Origin: an uncultured Planctomycetaceae bacterium
GTDB taxonomy: Bacteria > Planctomycetota > Planctomycetia > Planctomycetales > Planctomycetaceae
Reading direction: 5' to 3'
DNA: 64,000 bases
Assembly (NCBI GenBank): GCA_963815195.1
Contig: CAWFGE010000019.1
Coordinates: 64,001 to 128,000, forward strand
Position 1 is the stretch's first letter, and each line of letters begins with the position of its first letter. Under the pieces are notes generated by a model. It saw nothing but the letters and a program-made list of their open reading frames with translations. It did not search any database and was not told where the DNA came from. Shown piece after piece: positions 42,588 through 53,236 of the stretch. The translations under genes were made by a program, and so were the position numbers.

Positions 42588-43103
42588 ATGATCCCCGCCG
42601 CCTTCCGCTTCGAGTTTTGCTTCAGCCTCGCCGGTGCCGACCGGCTGGCCGATGCGGCGGCATCCGTTCTTGCGTTCGCGACAACCGTGGATATTTCCAA
42701 TTCCGTCAATCGCTGGTTTCGGCGGTCGGGTTCGCTTTCGGAAAACGGCATCCTCATCGGGATCGTGCTGGCGATTGTGTCGCTTTGGATGGGGCTCTAT
42801 TTTTGGGACCGATCCCGCAAACCAAAACGCGGGGCCGGGCTCGACCGCGAAGGACTGTTCACGCAGCTTTGCCAATTGCACAAACTCTCCCGCGCCGAAC
42901 GGCAACTCCTCAAGACCGCGGCCAAATTCCACAGGCTCGACCAGCCGGCGCTCGCGTTCGTCAATCCGAACATCCTGCTGGACTATGCCGAAGCCTCCCC
43001 CGGCGTCACCTTGGAAGTGCGGGCGCTCGTGGACCGGCTCTACGGCGACGGCCTCATTCAAGAAATCGTCGATCAAACCATCGCCATCCGACACGCTCCG
43101 TAA
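42588..43103 (+). CDS. Hypothetical single-pass membrane protein
   Basis: GAGG RBS, TM segment ILIGIVLAIVSLWMGLYFW, helical C-terminus, coding-like codon bias. Confidence 0.7.
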   Translation: MIPAAFRFEFCFSLAGADRLADAAASVLAFATTVDISNSVNRWFRRSGSLSENGILIGIVLAIVSLWMGLYFWDRSRKPKRGAGLDREGLFTQLCQLHKLSRAERQLLKTAAKFHRLDQPALAFVNPNILLDYAEASPGVTLEVRALVDRLYGDGLIQEIVDQTIAIRHAP

Positions 43104-43109
43104 CGGCGG

Positions 43110-44600
43110 TCATTCATAATTCCACTTCAGCGACCACGGGTCGTTCGTGCGTTTTTGGAAGGCTTGCACCTTCGCTTGCAGCTCTTTCAACTTGTCGGCG
43201 TATTTCGGATCCGTGGCGAGGTTTTGGATCTCCTGCGGATCCTTTTTCAAATCGTAAAGCTCGTGCCGCTGCCGATAGAGGTACTGGTAAACCGCCCGCT
43301 CACCGTAGTTCTCCGCATGGGTGTCTAACACTTCCTGCCAGGTGGGAGAGCGATAAAGGTCGGAAGCAAACGGGTAAGGCAGCGGGTGGGCGATGTTGAA
43401 GATGTATTTGTAATCGCCGCTGACGACCGCCCGCATCGGATAATACATCGTGATCTCGTGGAAGGTGTGGGACGCATAGTTCTCGTTCCAACCCGCGGGA
43501 TGCTCCTCTTCCAAGACCTTAAGAAACGATCGGCCGTGGAACTTGTAAGGCACCCCTTTGCCTCGCCCGGTGGTTTGGCGCTCGCCGGTGTTCTCGCCCG
43601 GGCGAACCGGCGGGCCGGGCTTGGGCTGGGCGCCACAATAATCCAGAACGGTGGGGGTGATGTCGGTCCACATCACCACGGCATCGTTGGTGACGCCCTT
43701 CTTCTTCGCGGAGGGCGCGCGGACGATCAACGGCAAGTTCATGCCCGGCTGATAGAGGTTCGTTTTCGCGCCGGGCCAAGGCGGGCCGTTGTCGCTGAGA
43801 AAAATCACCAGCGTGTCATCTTTGTGGCCGGTGTCGTCGAGGGCGTCCAAAAGCTGGCCCACGCCCTGGTCCGCCCGCGAGATCGCTTGATAGTATTCCG
43901 CCAATTCCTTCCGCGCGGTGAGCGTATCGTTCATCCACGCCGGCACGATGACCTCTTCGGGCTTGTAGGTGATCTTCTTCACGCCGGGATAATAGTCGGG
44001 GTCGTCGTTGTGATTCGCGAAGCCGTCCGGACCGCCGCCGCGGTGCGGGTCGCTGGTGCACCAATACAAAAAGAAGGGGCGCTCGTCCTTTTCTGCAATC
44101 CAGTCCCTGGCGTTCCGAGCCATGCGGACCGAGTTGCGATTCCCCTGAATGCCCTGGTTCCGGTATTCCTCGAAGTGATACACATACTCCGGGGCGAGAT
44201 GATACTTGCCGATGGAGCACGTCCGATAACCCGCTTCGCCCAGAATCACCGGCAGCGATTGCACCGTCTCATAAGTGCTGAAGTGATTGTAACCGTGCGC
44301 GTGCCCGTAATGTCCGGTGGCGTGATTGTAGAGCCCCGACATCAACACCGACCGGCTCGCGCTGCAACTGGCGGTCGTGCAACCGGCCCGCGTGAACCGG
44401 ATGCCTTCAGAAGCCAGGCGGTCGATGCCGGGCGTCTTGGCGACTTTGTTTCCATAACATCCCGCTTGAAAACCCAGGTCGTCCATGACGATCACGACCA
44501 CGTTTTTATGATTCGTCTCCGCCGCGTTCGCGGTTTGGGTCAGGCTTCCGAAGGGAAGCAGGGCCATCGACCAAACCGCCAAACAGAACATCGCGCGCAT
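43110..44600 (-). CDS. Exported sulfatase (N-sulfoglucosamine sulfohydrolase-like)
   Basis: [24 protein letters not shown] (CxAxR formylglycine motif), GKYHL, SDNG, ELYDL..DP.E..NLA. Confidence 0.92.
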   Translation of the reverse strand: MRAMFCLAVWSMALLPFGSLTQTANAAETNHKNVVVIVMDDLGFQAGCYGNKVAKTPGIDRLASEGIRFTRAGCTTASCSASRSVLMSGLYNHATGHYGHAHGYNHFSTYETVQSLPVILGEAGYRTCSIGKYHLAPEYVYHFEEYRNQGIQGNRNSVRMARNARDWIAEKDERPFFLYWCTSDPHRGGGPDGFANHNDDPDYYPGVKKITYKPEEVIVPAWMNDTLTARKELAEYYQAISRADQGVGQLLDALDDTGHKDDTLVIFLSDNGPPWPGAKTNLYQPGMNLPLIVRAPSAKKKGVTNDAVVMWTDITPTVLDYCGAQPKPGPPVRPGENTGERQTTGRGKGVPYKFHGRSFLKVLEEEHPAGWNENYASHTFHEITMYYPMRAVVSGDYKYIFNIAHPLPYPFASDLYRSPTWQEVLDTHAENYGERAVYQYLYRQRHELYDLKKDPQEIQNLATDPKYADKLKELQAKVQAFQKRTNDPWSLKWNYE

Positions 44601-44681
44601 GAATCTCTCCCGGTGTGTCGCATGTGATGAAATACATTCGTGAAGAAGAAGTATAACATCCCCCACGGCCAGAATCATTGC

Positions 44682-44762
44682 TGGGTGGCACGCCCTGAGG
44701 AACGAAGGGCGTGGTCTTAGCGACTCGGCACGCCCTTCGCTGCGCTCAGGGCGTGCCACCCA
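44682..44762. repeat. REP-like long palindrome
   Basis: TGGGTGGCACGCCCTGAG...CGAAGGGCGTG / CACGCCCTTCG...CTCAGGGCGTGCCACCCA between proS and the sulfatase. Confidence 0.75.
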
Positions 44763-44781
44763 ACATCACTCTTGGTTCGCG

Positions 44782-46530
44782 TTACGCCGGGACGCGGGCG
44801 GCTTCTTCCTGGCGGCGGGTTTCGAGCATCTTGAGCACGGTTTTAACGCCCTCGGCGACGGGGACTTTGTCGGGAGCCTCTGCGGTGCGCCATTGGATTT
44901 CGACCTCGCCGTTTTTGAGGCCCTTGCCGCCGATGACGACCCTGAGCGGAATCCCGATCAAATCCGCATCCTTGAACTTGAAGCCCGGCCGGGCGCTGCG
45001 GTCGTCGAACAGCACATCGACGCCGGCTGCGGTCAATTCCTCGTAATAGCGGTTGGCGACGCTCTGCACCTCGTCATCATCCATGTTGAGCGGAATCACC
45101 AGCACGGAATAAGGGGCGATCGACAGCGGCCAGATCAGGCCGTTGTCGTCGTGCGACGTCTCGGCGGTCGAAGCGATAATGCGGTTGATGCCGATGCCGT
45201 AACAGCCCATGATGATCGCGTGCCGTTTTTCCTTCTCATCGAGAAACCGCGCATCGAGGGCTTCGCTGTATTTCGTGCCCAGCTTGAACACATGCCCGAC
45301 CTCGATGCCGTGGACGAGTTCCAGCGTGCCGGCGCAGTTCGGGCAAGGATCGCCCTCGGCCGCGTTTCGCAGATCGTAGGTCGTCGCGACGTGATAATCC
45401 CGCCCCGCGTTGACGCCGGTGTAATGGGCATCGGCGGCATTCGCCCCCGTGACGGCGTTCACGATTTGTGGCACATCGTGGTCGGCGATGATCGGACAGC
45501 CAATCCCCACCGGCCCCGCAAAACCGACGGGGGCCCCGGTGACTTTCTCGATCGTCTTCTCATCCGCGAATTCCAAAGACTCGGCCCCAAGCGCCCGGCG
45601 GATTTTGCCTTCGTTGGCCTCGCGATCGCCTCGAATCAGCACCGCGACGGGTTTTCCATCCGCCGAGTAGATCAAGGTCTTGATCATCGTTTTGGGATCG
45701 CATTTCAACAGCTTGCTGACCTGCTCGATGCTGGTCGTGCCGGGTGTCTTAACGAGCTTAAGGTCGGTGGACAGGTCAGGCGACATTGGATCGCTAGCCA
45801 AACGGCCGGTTTCGGCGCGTTCGAGGTTGGCCGCGTAGTTGCATTTCGGGCAGCGGACGATGCGGTCTTCGCCGTTGGGCGAAGGCACCATGAACTCGTG
45901 CGACGCATCGCCGCCGATGGGGCCGCTCTCGGCTTCCACCGGCAGATAATCCAGCCCGCAGCGGGCGAAAATCCGGCAGTAGGCCCGGTACATCTTCTGA
46001 TAGATTTCATCGAGCTGCGCGAGATTCGTGCTGAAGCTGTACGCGTCCTTCATCAGAAATTCGCTCGTCCTGAGAACGCCGAACCGCGGGCGTTCCTCGT
46101 TGCGGAATTTTGTTTGAATCTGGTACAAGGTCAACGGCAGTTGGCGGTAGCTTTGGATGTGCTGGGCCACGAGGTCGGTGACGACTTCTTCGTGCGTGGG
46201 GCCGAGCGCCAAATGGACTTTGCGGTCGCCGCGGGGAATTTCAAAGTTGATCAGCACGTTGCCGAAGGCCTCCCGCCGGCCCGTCCGCTCAAACAGATCG
46301 ATCGGCTGGAGAGCCGGCATGAACAGTTCCACAGCGCCCGCGGCGTCCATTTCCTCCCGGACGATCGCTTCCGCCTTGCGGATCGACCGCCAGCCCAAGG
46401 GCAGATAGGTATAGGCCCCGGCCATCAGTTGCCGAATCAGCCCCGCCCGCAGCATGAGTTGATGGCTGGGGACCTCGGCGTCGGCGGGGACCTCTTTCAT
46501 CGTGGGGATAAACGTCTTTGACCAACGCAA
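44782..46530 (-). CDS. proS: Proline--tRNA ligase (bacterial type with editing domain)
   Basis: [68 protein letters not shown] start 46530. Confidence 0.97.
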   Translation of the reverse strand: MRWSKTFIPTMKEVPADAEVPSHQLMLRAGLIRQLMAGAYTYLPLGWRSIRKAEAIVREEMDAAGAVELFMPALQPIDLFERTGRREAFGNVLINFEIPRGDRKVHLALGPTHEEVVTDLVAQHIQSYRQLPLTLYQIQTKFRNEERPRFGVLRTSEFLMKDAYSFSTNLAQLDEIYQKMYRAYCRIFARCGLDYLPVEAESGPIGGDASHEFMVPSPNGEDRIVRCPKCNYAANLERAETGRLASDPMSPDLSTDLKLVKTPGTTSIEQVSKLLKCDPKTMIKTLIYSADGKPVAVLIRGDREANEGKIRRALGAESLEFADEKTIEKVTGAPVGFAGPVGIGCPIIADHDVPQIVNAVTGANAADAHYTGVNAGRDYHVATTYDLRNAAEGDPCPNCAGTLELVHGIEVGHVFKLGTKYSEALDARFLDEKEKRHAIIMGCYGIGINRIIASTAETSHDDNGLIWPLSIAPYSVLVIPLNMDDDEVQSVANRYYEELTAAGVDVLFDDRSARPGFKFKDADLIGIPLRVVIGGKGLKNGEVEIQWRTAEAPDKVPVAEGVKTVLKMLETRRQEEAARVPA

Positions 46531-46611
46531 GGCAGCATCCTTTCCAGGGGGAATCAAACCGAATGCGGATCAAAAACCGCAGCCGGCAAACCTTTATTTA
46601 AATATAAATCG

Positions 46612-46911
46612 ACGGGCCGGCATTTTAGCAGACCCCCCGGCCCCCAAAAAGGTTCGATGGTCTTATTCCTGTTCCTCAAAATCTAAGCGGTTGGGTGGCT
46701 GGGGCGAAGATTTCTCTGTGAATAAAAGTTAGGCAAGCGAATACTGGGGCGATGGACGCGAGAGAAACAACACCCATCGTCCCAGCTTTCGGAACGCATT
46801 TTCGCTTGATCCATTCCTTTGCGCCCGAGCCACCCGCCGGCGCCGCCCGGAAATCCTAAACATACGGGGCGGCATTTTAGCAGACGCCCCGGCTCCCAAA
46901 AAGGTTCGATG
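46612..46911 (-). repeat. Two ~48-bp direct repeats upstream of proS, each with an extended -10 (TGCTAAAAT)
   Basis: ACGGG.CGGCATTTTAGCAGAC.CCCCGGC.CCCAAAAAGGTTCGATG at 46612-46659 and 46864-46911. Confidence 0.75.
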
Positions 46912-46949
46912 CGGGCAATTCCCCACGGCCTGATCCGGATGATGCGAGA

Positions 46950-48569
46950 TTACGGCCCCGTGAACGGTGGCGGAGTCGCGCGAAAGCCCTGCTGCAACCA
47001 GGACTCGTTCAATTCCTTCGCCATCCGCACGAGCAGATTCTGGACCTGGCGATGCACGCTCACGCGGTTTTTGACGATGAACAGATTGTCGACGATGCGG
47101 ATTCGGCCGTCGCCTTGGGGTTCCCAGGTTTTGGGTTCCACCAGATCATAGATCAACTGCCGAACTTCTTCGGGTTTGGCTGACCCGTGCAGGAGGTAGA
47201 CTTCGATGACCACATCCTCCGGCTTGGGTATTGCGGGACCTTCGAGCGGCGGCGCACCTTTGGCCTTTCTCTCCTTGATATTTTCCCGGAGTCGATCCAG
47301 AACCGCGGCGACCTCGGCTTGAACTCTTTCCGTTTGCCAGATCAAAACCAGGCCCGGCAGCGGTTCGGAAAAGCGGCCTCCGGTTCCGTCGATCTCCTCC
47401 CAAGGCCCCGAGGTTTCATTCCCCAAGGCCCGCTCCAATTGGCCGCGCTCGATCAATCCCGAACGCATCAAATCCCGCACGTCATAACCCACCGTGTGGA
47501 GCTTTTCGTCCGCGGCAATGATGGTGGTGATCGTGAGCGCCCCATCGGAAACAATCGCTTCCAAGCCCAACGGTTCGAGAATCCACCTGAGCACCGATTT
47601 GAACGTCATATCTTTGAGTTCGATTGTGATCGGCTCGTCCGGCGTGAGGCCTTCTTCGATGAGGGCCTGCTCATTCAGCACGATCGGGATTTTCAGTTCT
47701 TTGGCAAAATGAGCGGCGACTTCTTTAAGCGGGGTCTTTTGAAAATCCACCGACACCCGTTTGGCGAACGCCCGGCGGATTTCGAGCGTCTTGCTGTGGG
47801 GCGAAAGGCTGTCGAGGAACACGCTCTGGTCCTTGCCGAACTTGTCGTGGATAAACAACCGCAAGAGTTCGAGCACGCCCGGAATTTCATCGTGCACGCG
47901 TTCCGTTTGTCGGACCGACAGCACGCCGCCGTAGGCTTCCAACTGGCCGCCCGTGCCGTCCACATCGACCCAGGGTCCGCTGGTGTCGTACTCGATCATT
48001 TCTTCCAACCAGGAACGGCTGCGGTCCGTTCGAATCAATGTGTGGGCGCGAGCCCGCGGTTCGTAGCGGTGCGCCTCTTCCCATTTGAGCAAATCCGCGA
48101 TGTCGTAGTGCCGATTGTGAAGCCTTTCCTCCAGGGCGATCAGCGTCGTAATCTCAATCGCTTCGTTCTCGACGTCATAGCCCAGGCCCAGACGCTCCAG
48201 CATCTGGTCCAGAGCTTGTTTGAGCGGAGTCTCTTTCGCCTGGAATGACACCGGCTCATCGATCGCGACGCCTTCTTCCGTCAGCCCCTGTTCGTCGATC
48301 AGGAAGGAGACTCCGGCGGCTTTTTGGATTCGCTCGACCGCTTCGTCGAGCGGGACACTCTTTAGCTCCAATGTGATCGACTTTTCCAGCGCCTCGCGAA
48401 TCCTCGCTTCGGTTTCTCTCTGGGCGCGGGCCAGATCGACAAACGGGTTTAGCGATTCCCCCGCGGCGGCGGTTTCCTCGGCCATCGCCGATTCCTTCGG
48501 TTTCCCGGCGGACTTCTGCACGCAGCCAGCGAGACAGACAATCACAATCGGCCACAAATAACGCAACAT
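46950..48569 (-). CDS. Lipoprotein with repeated STN-like and secretin-N (N3/NolW-like) domains, paralog 3
   Basis: Lipobox LAGC. Two (L.EEG...DEP...L..LGL)+(Y..DL...TSGPW...DGTGG...RQT..V..E) modules. Confidence 0.75.
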   Translation of the reverse strand: MLRYLWPIVIVCLAGCVQKSAGKPKESAMAEETAAAGESLNPFVDLARAQRETEARIREALEKSITLELKSVPLDEAVERIQKAAGVSFLIDEQGLTEEGVAIDEPVSFQAKETPLKQALDQMLERLGLGYDVENEAIEITTLIALEERLHNRHYDIADLLKWEEAHRYEPRARAHTLIRTDRSRSWLEEMIEYDTSGPWVDVDGTGGQLEAYGGVLSVRQTERVHDEIPGVLELLRLFIHDKFGKDQSVFLDSLSPHSKTLEIRRAFAKRVSVDFQKTPLKEVAAHFAKELKIPIVLNEQALIEEGLTPDEPITIELKDMTFKSVLRWILEPLGLEAIVSDGALTITTIIAADEKLHTVGYDVRDLMRSGLIERGQLERALGNETSGPWEEIDGTGGRFSEPLPGLVLIWQTERVQAEVAAVLDRLRENIKERKAKGAPPLEGPAIPKPEDVVIEVYLLHGSAKPEEVRQLIYDLVEPKTWEPQGDGRIRIVDNLFIVKNRVSVHRQVQNLLVRMAKELNESWLQQGFRATPPPFTGP

Positions 48570-48650
48570 GAATACGGGTCCTTTCTCGCTCAATGAGCGG
48601 GGCAGTTTTTCTTCCTCAAATTGTTAGGGCGGGCATCCGTGTCTCCCGAT

Positions 48651-48754
48651 GAACCGGGACTAACGCCCTGCGGCTAATAAATAAATGCTTTCCCATTGGC
48701 CGCCGGGCGCTAGCCCCGGTTCTTTTCCATTAGCCGCCGGGCGCTAGCCCAGGC
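48651..48754. repeat. REP cluster (GCCGCCGGGCGCTAGCCCCGGTTC family): one inverted and two direct copies
   Basis: 48651-48678 is the imperfect reverse complement of 48694-48722, and a third copy starts at 48728. A related sequence lies near 9651-9674. Confidence 0.7.
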
Positions 48755-49137
48755 CGTTAAAAATCTGGTGTTGACGACGATATGTCTTTGCGCAGCTTTT
48801 CGACCGTTCGTAAATTCAACTGTTTCAAATTTGAGAAAAAGGACCGAAGGTCCGGCCCTATGTCAGCCTGGGAACGGGAACGAACAAAATGCCGAAGCCC
48901 CAACGGGGCGGCCCTAAATCGCAATGGGTTGTTCCGTGGCGAGAGTTGCCACATAGGGCCGCCCCCTTGGGGCTTGCGTTTCATTGATCGTCCGTAACCC
49001 AGGGCGGCGCTGCGCTGGCCCTGGGCTGGCATAGAGCCCGGCCTTCGGCCCTAATGCTTTCCCAAAAAAAACGAGAACAAAGGTGGCGCAAGCCAGAACC
49101 CGCGTTTTTAGACTTCAATATCAATTTTTTTACAGCC
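48752..49137. mobile_element. Putative MITE with imperfect terminal inverted repeats, containing a nested long palindrome
   Basis: Left end GGCCGTTAAAAATCTGGTGTTGA versus reverse complement of right end GGCTGTAAAAAAATTGATATTGA (17/23). No coding capacity. Confidence 0.5.
48840..49052. repeat. Long multi-stem palindromic element, copy 1 (copy 2 at 63698-63951)
   Basis: AGGACCGAAGGTCCGGC.CTATGTCAGCC...GAAGCCCCAACGGGGCGG.CCT / AGGGCCGCCCC.TTGGGGCTT...GGGCTG.CATAGAGCC.G.CCTTCGGCCCT in both copies. Confidence 0.85.
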
Positions 49138-49160
49138 CAGGCTAGCCCCGGTTCGTTGAG

Positions 49161-50966
49161 TCATTCCGGATGCTTCGCCGGAGCCACGCGGAAGAAGCCG
49201 CCGGCTCCGCCGCCACCCATGCCCCCGCCGCCGAATCCGCCGCCACCCATGCCCCCGCCGCCGATGTTGCCGTTGCCGTCGCCGAAGGATCCGCCCTGGT
49301 AGGGCGGCTGGTCGGCTTTGTGCAGCTTTTTGAGGAACTCCTCCACCTCGTCCTGCACGGCGTTTTTGTTTTTGACGATCAGCGTGTGATCGATGATCAC
49401 GATGTTCCCCTCGCCGCCTTGCCCGCTCCAGGATTTGGGTTCCACGAGCGCGAACAGGGCTTTCTGCACGCTCTCCGGATCGGAGATGAAATGCATGCGG
49501 TACATTTTCGTCGTGACTTTCTGCGGATCGGGCGGCGCCGGCTCGGCTTGGGCGGCCGGCGTTTTCTGGATCTCTTTTCGCAGGTCCGCCAGGATGCCCG
49601 CGACCTGATTGCGGACTTTTTGCGTCTGGCGGACCACCAACAGACCGTCGAGCGGGGCTGCGACCGAGCCCCCGGTGCCGTCAATATTAATCCAGGGGCC
49701 GGAGGTCTCGTTCGTCAGCAGGTTCGTGAGCACCTGCCCGCGGTATTTGTTCTGATCCAAATCCCGCACATCATAAACCGCGGTGACGAGGCGTTCCTCG
49801 GCGGCGATATTCGTCGTCACATACAACTGCCCGTCCTCGACCAACGCGGTCAATCCCAGCGGATCGAGCTTGACTTTCAAAAGCGACCCGGCCGGCATGT
49901 CTTTGAGGTCCACGTTGACGGGCTCATCGATGGCAATGCCTTCCTCGGTCCAGGCCGGCTCATCGATGTTGACAGGCACGCCGAGCTTCTCGCCCATCTC
50001 GTCCAGGAACTCGTGAATCGGCATGTCCTTACACTTCGCGCTGACGACTTTCACGAGGGCCTTTTTGACCCTTTGATCTTCATCGGTCGCGTAATACGGC
50101 GGATGGATCTCGACGGACTTGGCGGGGAACTCGCGTTTGGTGAATTGCACGAGGGCTTTGAGGAGTTGATCGATCTCCGTCTGCACTTTATGCGTCTGGC
50201 GAATGACGAGATTGTTATTGACATAGGAAATCGAACCGCCCGTGCCGTCTACGGGTATCCACGGGCCGCTTGTATAATTCTGCAACGTGGAAATCAGCCA
50301 GGTCGGCGCGTCCGGCGAGATTGGCGGCAGGTAGCCCGAAGCTCCGAAGCCGCCGCAACCGCCAACGCCGAACTGCACGGGTTGGAGTTCCGAGAAAGGC
50401 CCCTCTCCCGCGGCCTCGGTGCGGTGTTTCTTGGCGTATTCCAGAAGGTCCCCCACCGGATAGGTGCGGGTCACGAGGATGTCCTCCGCGGCGATGAGCG
50501 TGGTGACTTTGACCAGGTCGTCATCGACGATCCACGTCAAGCCCAAAGGCGGCAGAATGCGGTCCAACAGCCGCGCCCCGGCCACGGGTTGGCCCGCGCG
50601 GTTGATCGGCTCGTCGATCGCCACGCCTTCTTCGGCGAGAGCTTGCTCATCAATCATGATGTTCGTGCCGGTCTTCTGGGCAATAAACCCCACGGCATCC
50701 TGCAAAGGAGTGTCCTCAAACATAACCTCCACCGGTTCCCGCAGCCACGCGTCGATCTCCGCCGGGGTCGCCGCGGCCCGGCGGGAAAACTGCACGGGGG
50801 AGGCCGCTTTCTTGCCCTCGGCGTTCTTGTCTTTGGCCTTGGCTTGGGGAGTTGGTTGTTCCTTCGGTTTGTCCTTCCCGTCCGTCTGGGCGGCAAGCGG
50901 ATTCCGCCCGGCGAGGCCCAGCGCGAGAACGCAAAGAAAACCAAGCAGCCGAGGAGAGCGTGACAT
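49161..50966 (-). CDS. Exported protein with repeated STN-like and secretin-N domains and a Gly-rich tail, paralog 2
   Basis: Signal peptide, two STN+N3-like modules with GPW...DGTGG, a third N3-like unit, and a GGGGMGGGGFGGGGMGGGGAGGFF tail. Confidence 0.78.
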   Translation of the reverse strand: MSRSPRLLGFLCVLALGLAGRNPLAAQTDGKDKPKEQPTPQAKAKDKNAEGKKAASPVQFSRRAAATPAEIDAWLREPVEVMFEDTPLQDAVGFIAQKTGTNIMIDEQALAEEGVAIDEPINRAGQPVAGARLLDRILPPLGLTWIVDDDLVKVTTLIAAEDILVTRTYPVGDLLEYAKKHRTEAAGEGPFSELQPVQFGVGGCGGFGASGYLPPISPDAPTWLISTLQNYTSGPWIPVDGTGGSISYVNNNLVIRQTHKVQTEIDQLLKALVQFTKREFPAKSVEIHPPYYATDEDQRVKKALVKVVSAKCKDMPIHEFLDEMGEKLGVPVNIDEPAWTEEGIAIDEPVNVDLKDMPAGSLLKVKLDPLGLTALVEDGQLYVTTNIAAEERLVTAVYDVRDLDQNKYRGQVLTNLLTNETSGPWINIDGTGGSVAAPLDGLLVVRQTQKVRNQVAGILADLRKEIQKTPAAQAEPAPPDPQKVTTKMYRMHFISDPESVQKALFALVEPKSWSGQGGEGNIVIIDHTLIVKNKNAVQDEVEEFLKKLHKADQPPYQGGSFGDGNGNIGGGGMGGGGFGGGGMGGGGAGGFFRVAPAKHPE

Positions 50967-51085
50967 GTTTCATCCTTCCAATCAGAAAAGGCCGGAGATG
51001 TTCCTGAGAATTCTTAAAGGGCGACGATTGCCGGTTTCGGGATTTTTTTGATGGGAAATGACCATTCGAGTATACCAGCCACGGC

Positions 51086-52851
51086 TCAATCGGCGCGCTG
51101 GAAAGATCGCGGCTTCGCCGCCGGCGGGACGCGGAATACGCAACAGCCCATGCAAGGCCACCGAAAGCCCTCCTGTGGATTGCCGTTGTCGTCGAGGTTC
51201 GAGTCGTTCGCACGCCTAAGTTGGGGCGAGCCGTCCGCCCGATAAAGTTGAGTGAGGAGCTTCTCGACTTCTTTCTGCACGGCGATCTGGTTTTTGATGA
51301 TCAGCGTATGATCGACGATCACAATGCTCCCCGTGCCGCCTTGACCGGTCCAGGAGGCGGCCTCGATCAATCCGAGAATGGCGGCCCGCACGCTGGGGAG
51401 GTTGGAGACGAAATCGAGGCGGTACAGTCTTGTGATGACTTTGCGGGGATCGGGCGGAGCCGGCTCGGCGACGGCGGGCATGGGTTTCATTTCTTTTCGC
51501 AATTCCGCGAGCAGAGCTGAAATCTCCGTGTGCACTTTTTGCGTCTGGCGGACGACGAGGAGTCCCGCGAAAGGGGCCTCCACTTTTCCCCCTTCGCCGT
51601 CGATGTTCTGCCAAGGGCCGGAGGTCTCGTTCTCGACCGCTTGGGCGACGCGGGGCCGCTGTTTTGGCGGAGGCCCAAATCCCGCACATCATAAAGCGTC
51701 GTGACGAGCCGTTTCTCGGCGGCGGGGATCGTGGTCACAAACAACTGCCCGTCCACCGCCAACACGGTGAGTGAAAACCGCGTTAGCGCCTGATCGAGCA
51801 CGGACCTGGCCGGGACGTTTTGGAGTTGGGCCGTCACCCTTTCGTCGAGCGAAATCCGCTCCTTCGCCAAGGCGGGCTGGTCGAGAACTAACGGCACGTC
51901 GAGAGTCCAGGCCACTTCATCGAGGAACCGGCCCACCGGCATTTTGTCCGCCGAGATGCTGACGGTTTTCGCGAGGGCCTTTCGGACGGCCTCATCTTCC
52001 TGCGTGCCATAGTAGGGCGGATGAATCGCGACCGCTTTGGGTATCAACGGCACCTGGGTGAATTGTCGAAGCGTTTTAAGAATCTGATCGATCTCGGTCT
52101 GCACTTTATGAGTTTGGCGAACGACGAGGTGGTTTTCGAAGTACGAGATCGAACCGCCCATGCCGTCGATGACAGTCCAGGGGCCGCTGGTGAGATCCTG
52201 CAACAGTGACATCAACCACAACGGCGCGTCCCGCGGGATTGGCTCGTAGGCGGGTCCGCCATCACTGACACCCGGGCCGGGATCCGGGCGGTGGGTCTTG
52301 GCGTATTTCAGAATTTCCGCCACCCGATAGGTGCGGGTGACGAGAATTTCCTCCGCCGCCGACTTCGTCGTTACCTGGATCATGTTGTCATGCACGAACC
52401 ACGTCAGGTCCAGTGGTTCCAGAATGCGATCCAGGCAGCGAGCCAACGCGACGGGCGTTTGGTCGCAGGTCACCGCAACGTCCATCGCCACGCCTTTCTT
52501 GGCGAGGGCCTGTTGGTCGATCACGAAGTTCAGGCCGGTGGCATCGCGGAAGAACTCGATGCAAGCGGCCAGCGGCGTGTCGATGAACTCCGCATCAAAT
52601 CCGGGATCGTTCAACGTCCTTTGAACATCTTCCGCCGACGGCGCGGCGGTTTGGGAAAGCTGCACAACGGACGCGGTTTTCTTCTCTCCGGCCGCCGTTC
52701 CTTTGGTCTTGGCAGGATCGGGCGATTGCTGTACCAACCGCGTTTCGGCGGGGTCCGCCTTCGAGAGCGCCTGCGCGCACAGCGGATTCCGCCCCGCAAC
52801 AGCCGATATCAATAAACAAAAGATCCCAAACTGCAACGCACGCCGCGGCAT
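51086..52851 (-). CDS. STN/secretin-N repeat protein, paralog 1, frameshift at the G-run 51652-51655
   Basis: Collinear with paralog 2. One added base restores ...RVAQAVENETSGPWQNIDGEGGKVEAPFAGLLVVRQT. Confidence 0.75.
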
Positions 52852-53236
52852 GATTCATCCTTCCGGTCAAAAACTCGGGAGTGCTGGCGAGGGCTTTTAA
52901 AATCAGACAGGGATCCCCACCATAAACAAAATGCACCCCGCCCGGCGGATTGTGCAATTTCGCGCGAAAAAACCGAAATCATCGGCCTTTCGAGGCATAT
53001 ATATGTTTAGGTAAAACCAGCAATTCCTGTACGATTCTTCGTGCCTTCGTGGTTTAATCCATTCCAGCACACCACTTAAGTTCATTATTCGCGTCCGACT
53101 CCCCCATTTGAGTTTCCCTCAATTGGCCCGGCAAGACATTCCGATTTTAACAGTAATCCGATTGGGCCTGCGCACTGGATGACGTTGAGCCGTTCCGTGA
53201 CGGGACCACGCCGCATTCCGAACAGGATTCGAGGCC

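Noticed and set aside
46530..46950. T-box riboswitch upstream of proS
   Set aside because: No GGTGGnACCGCG T-box sequence or terminator/antiterminator pair is visible.
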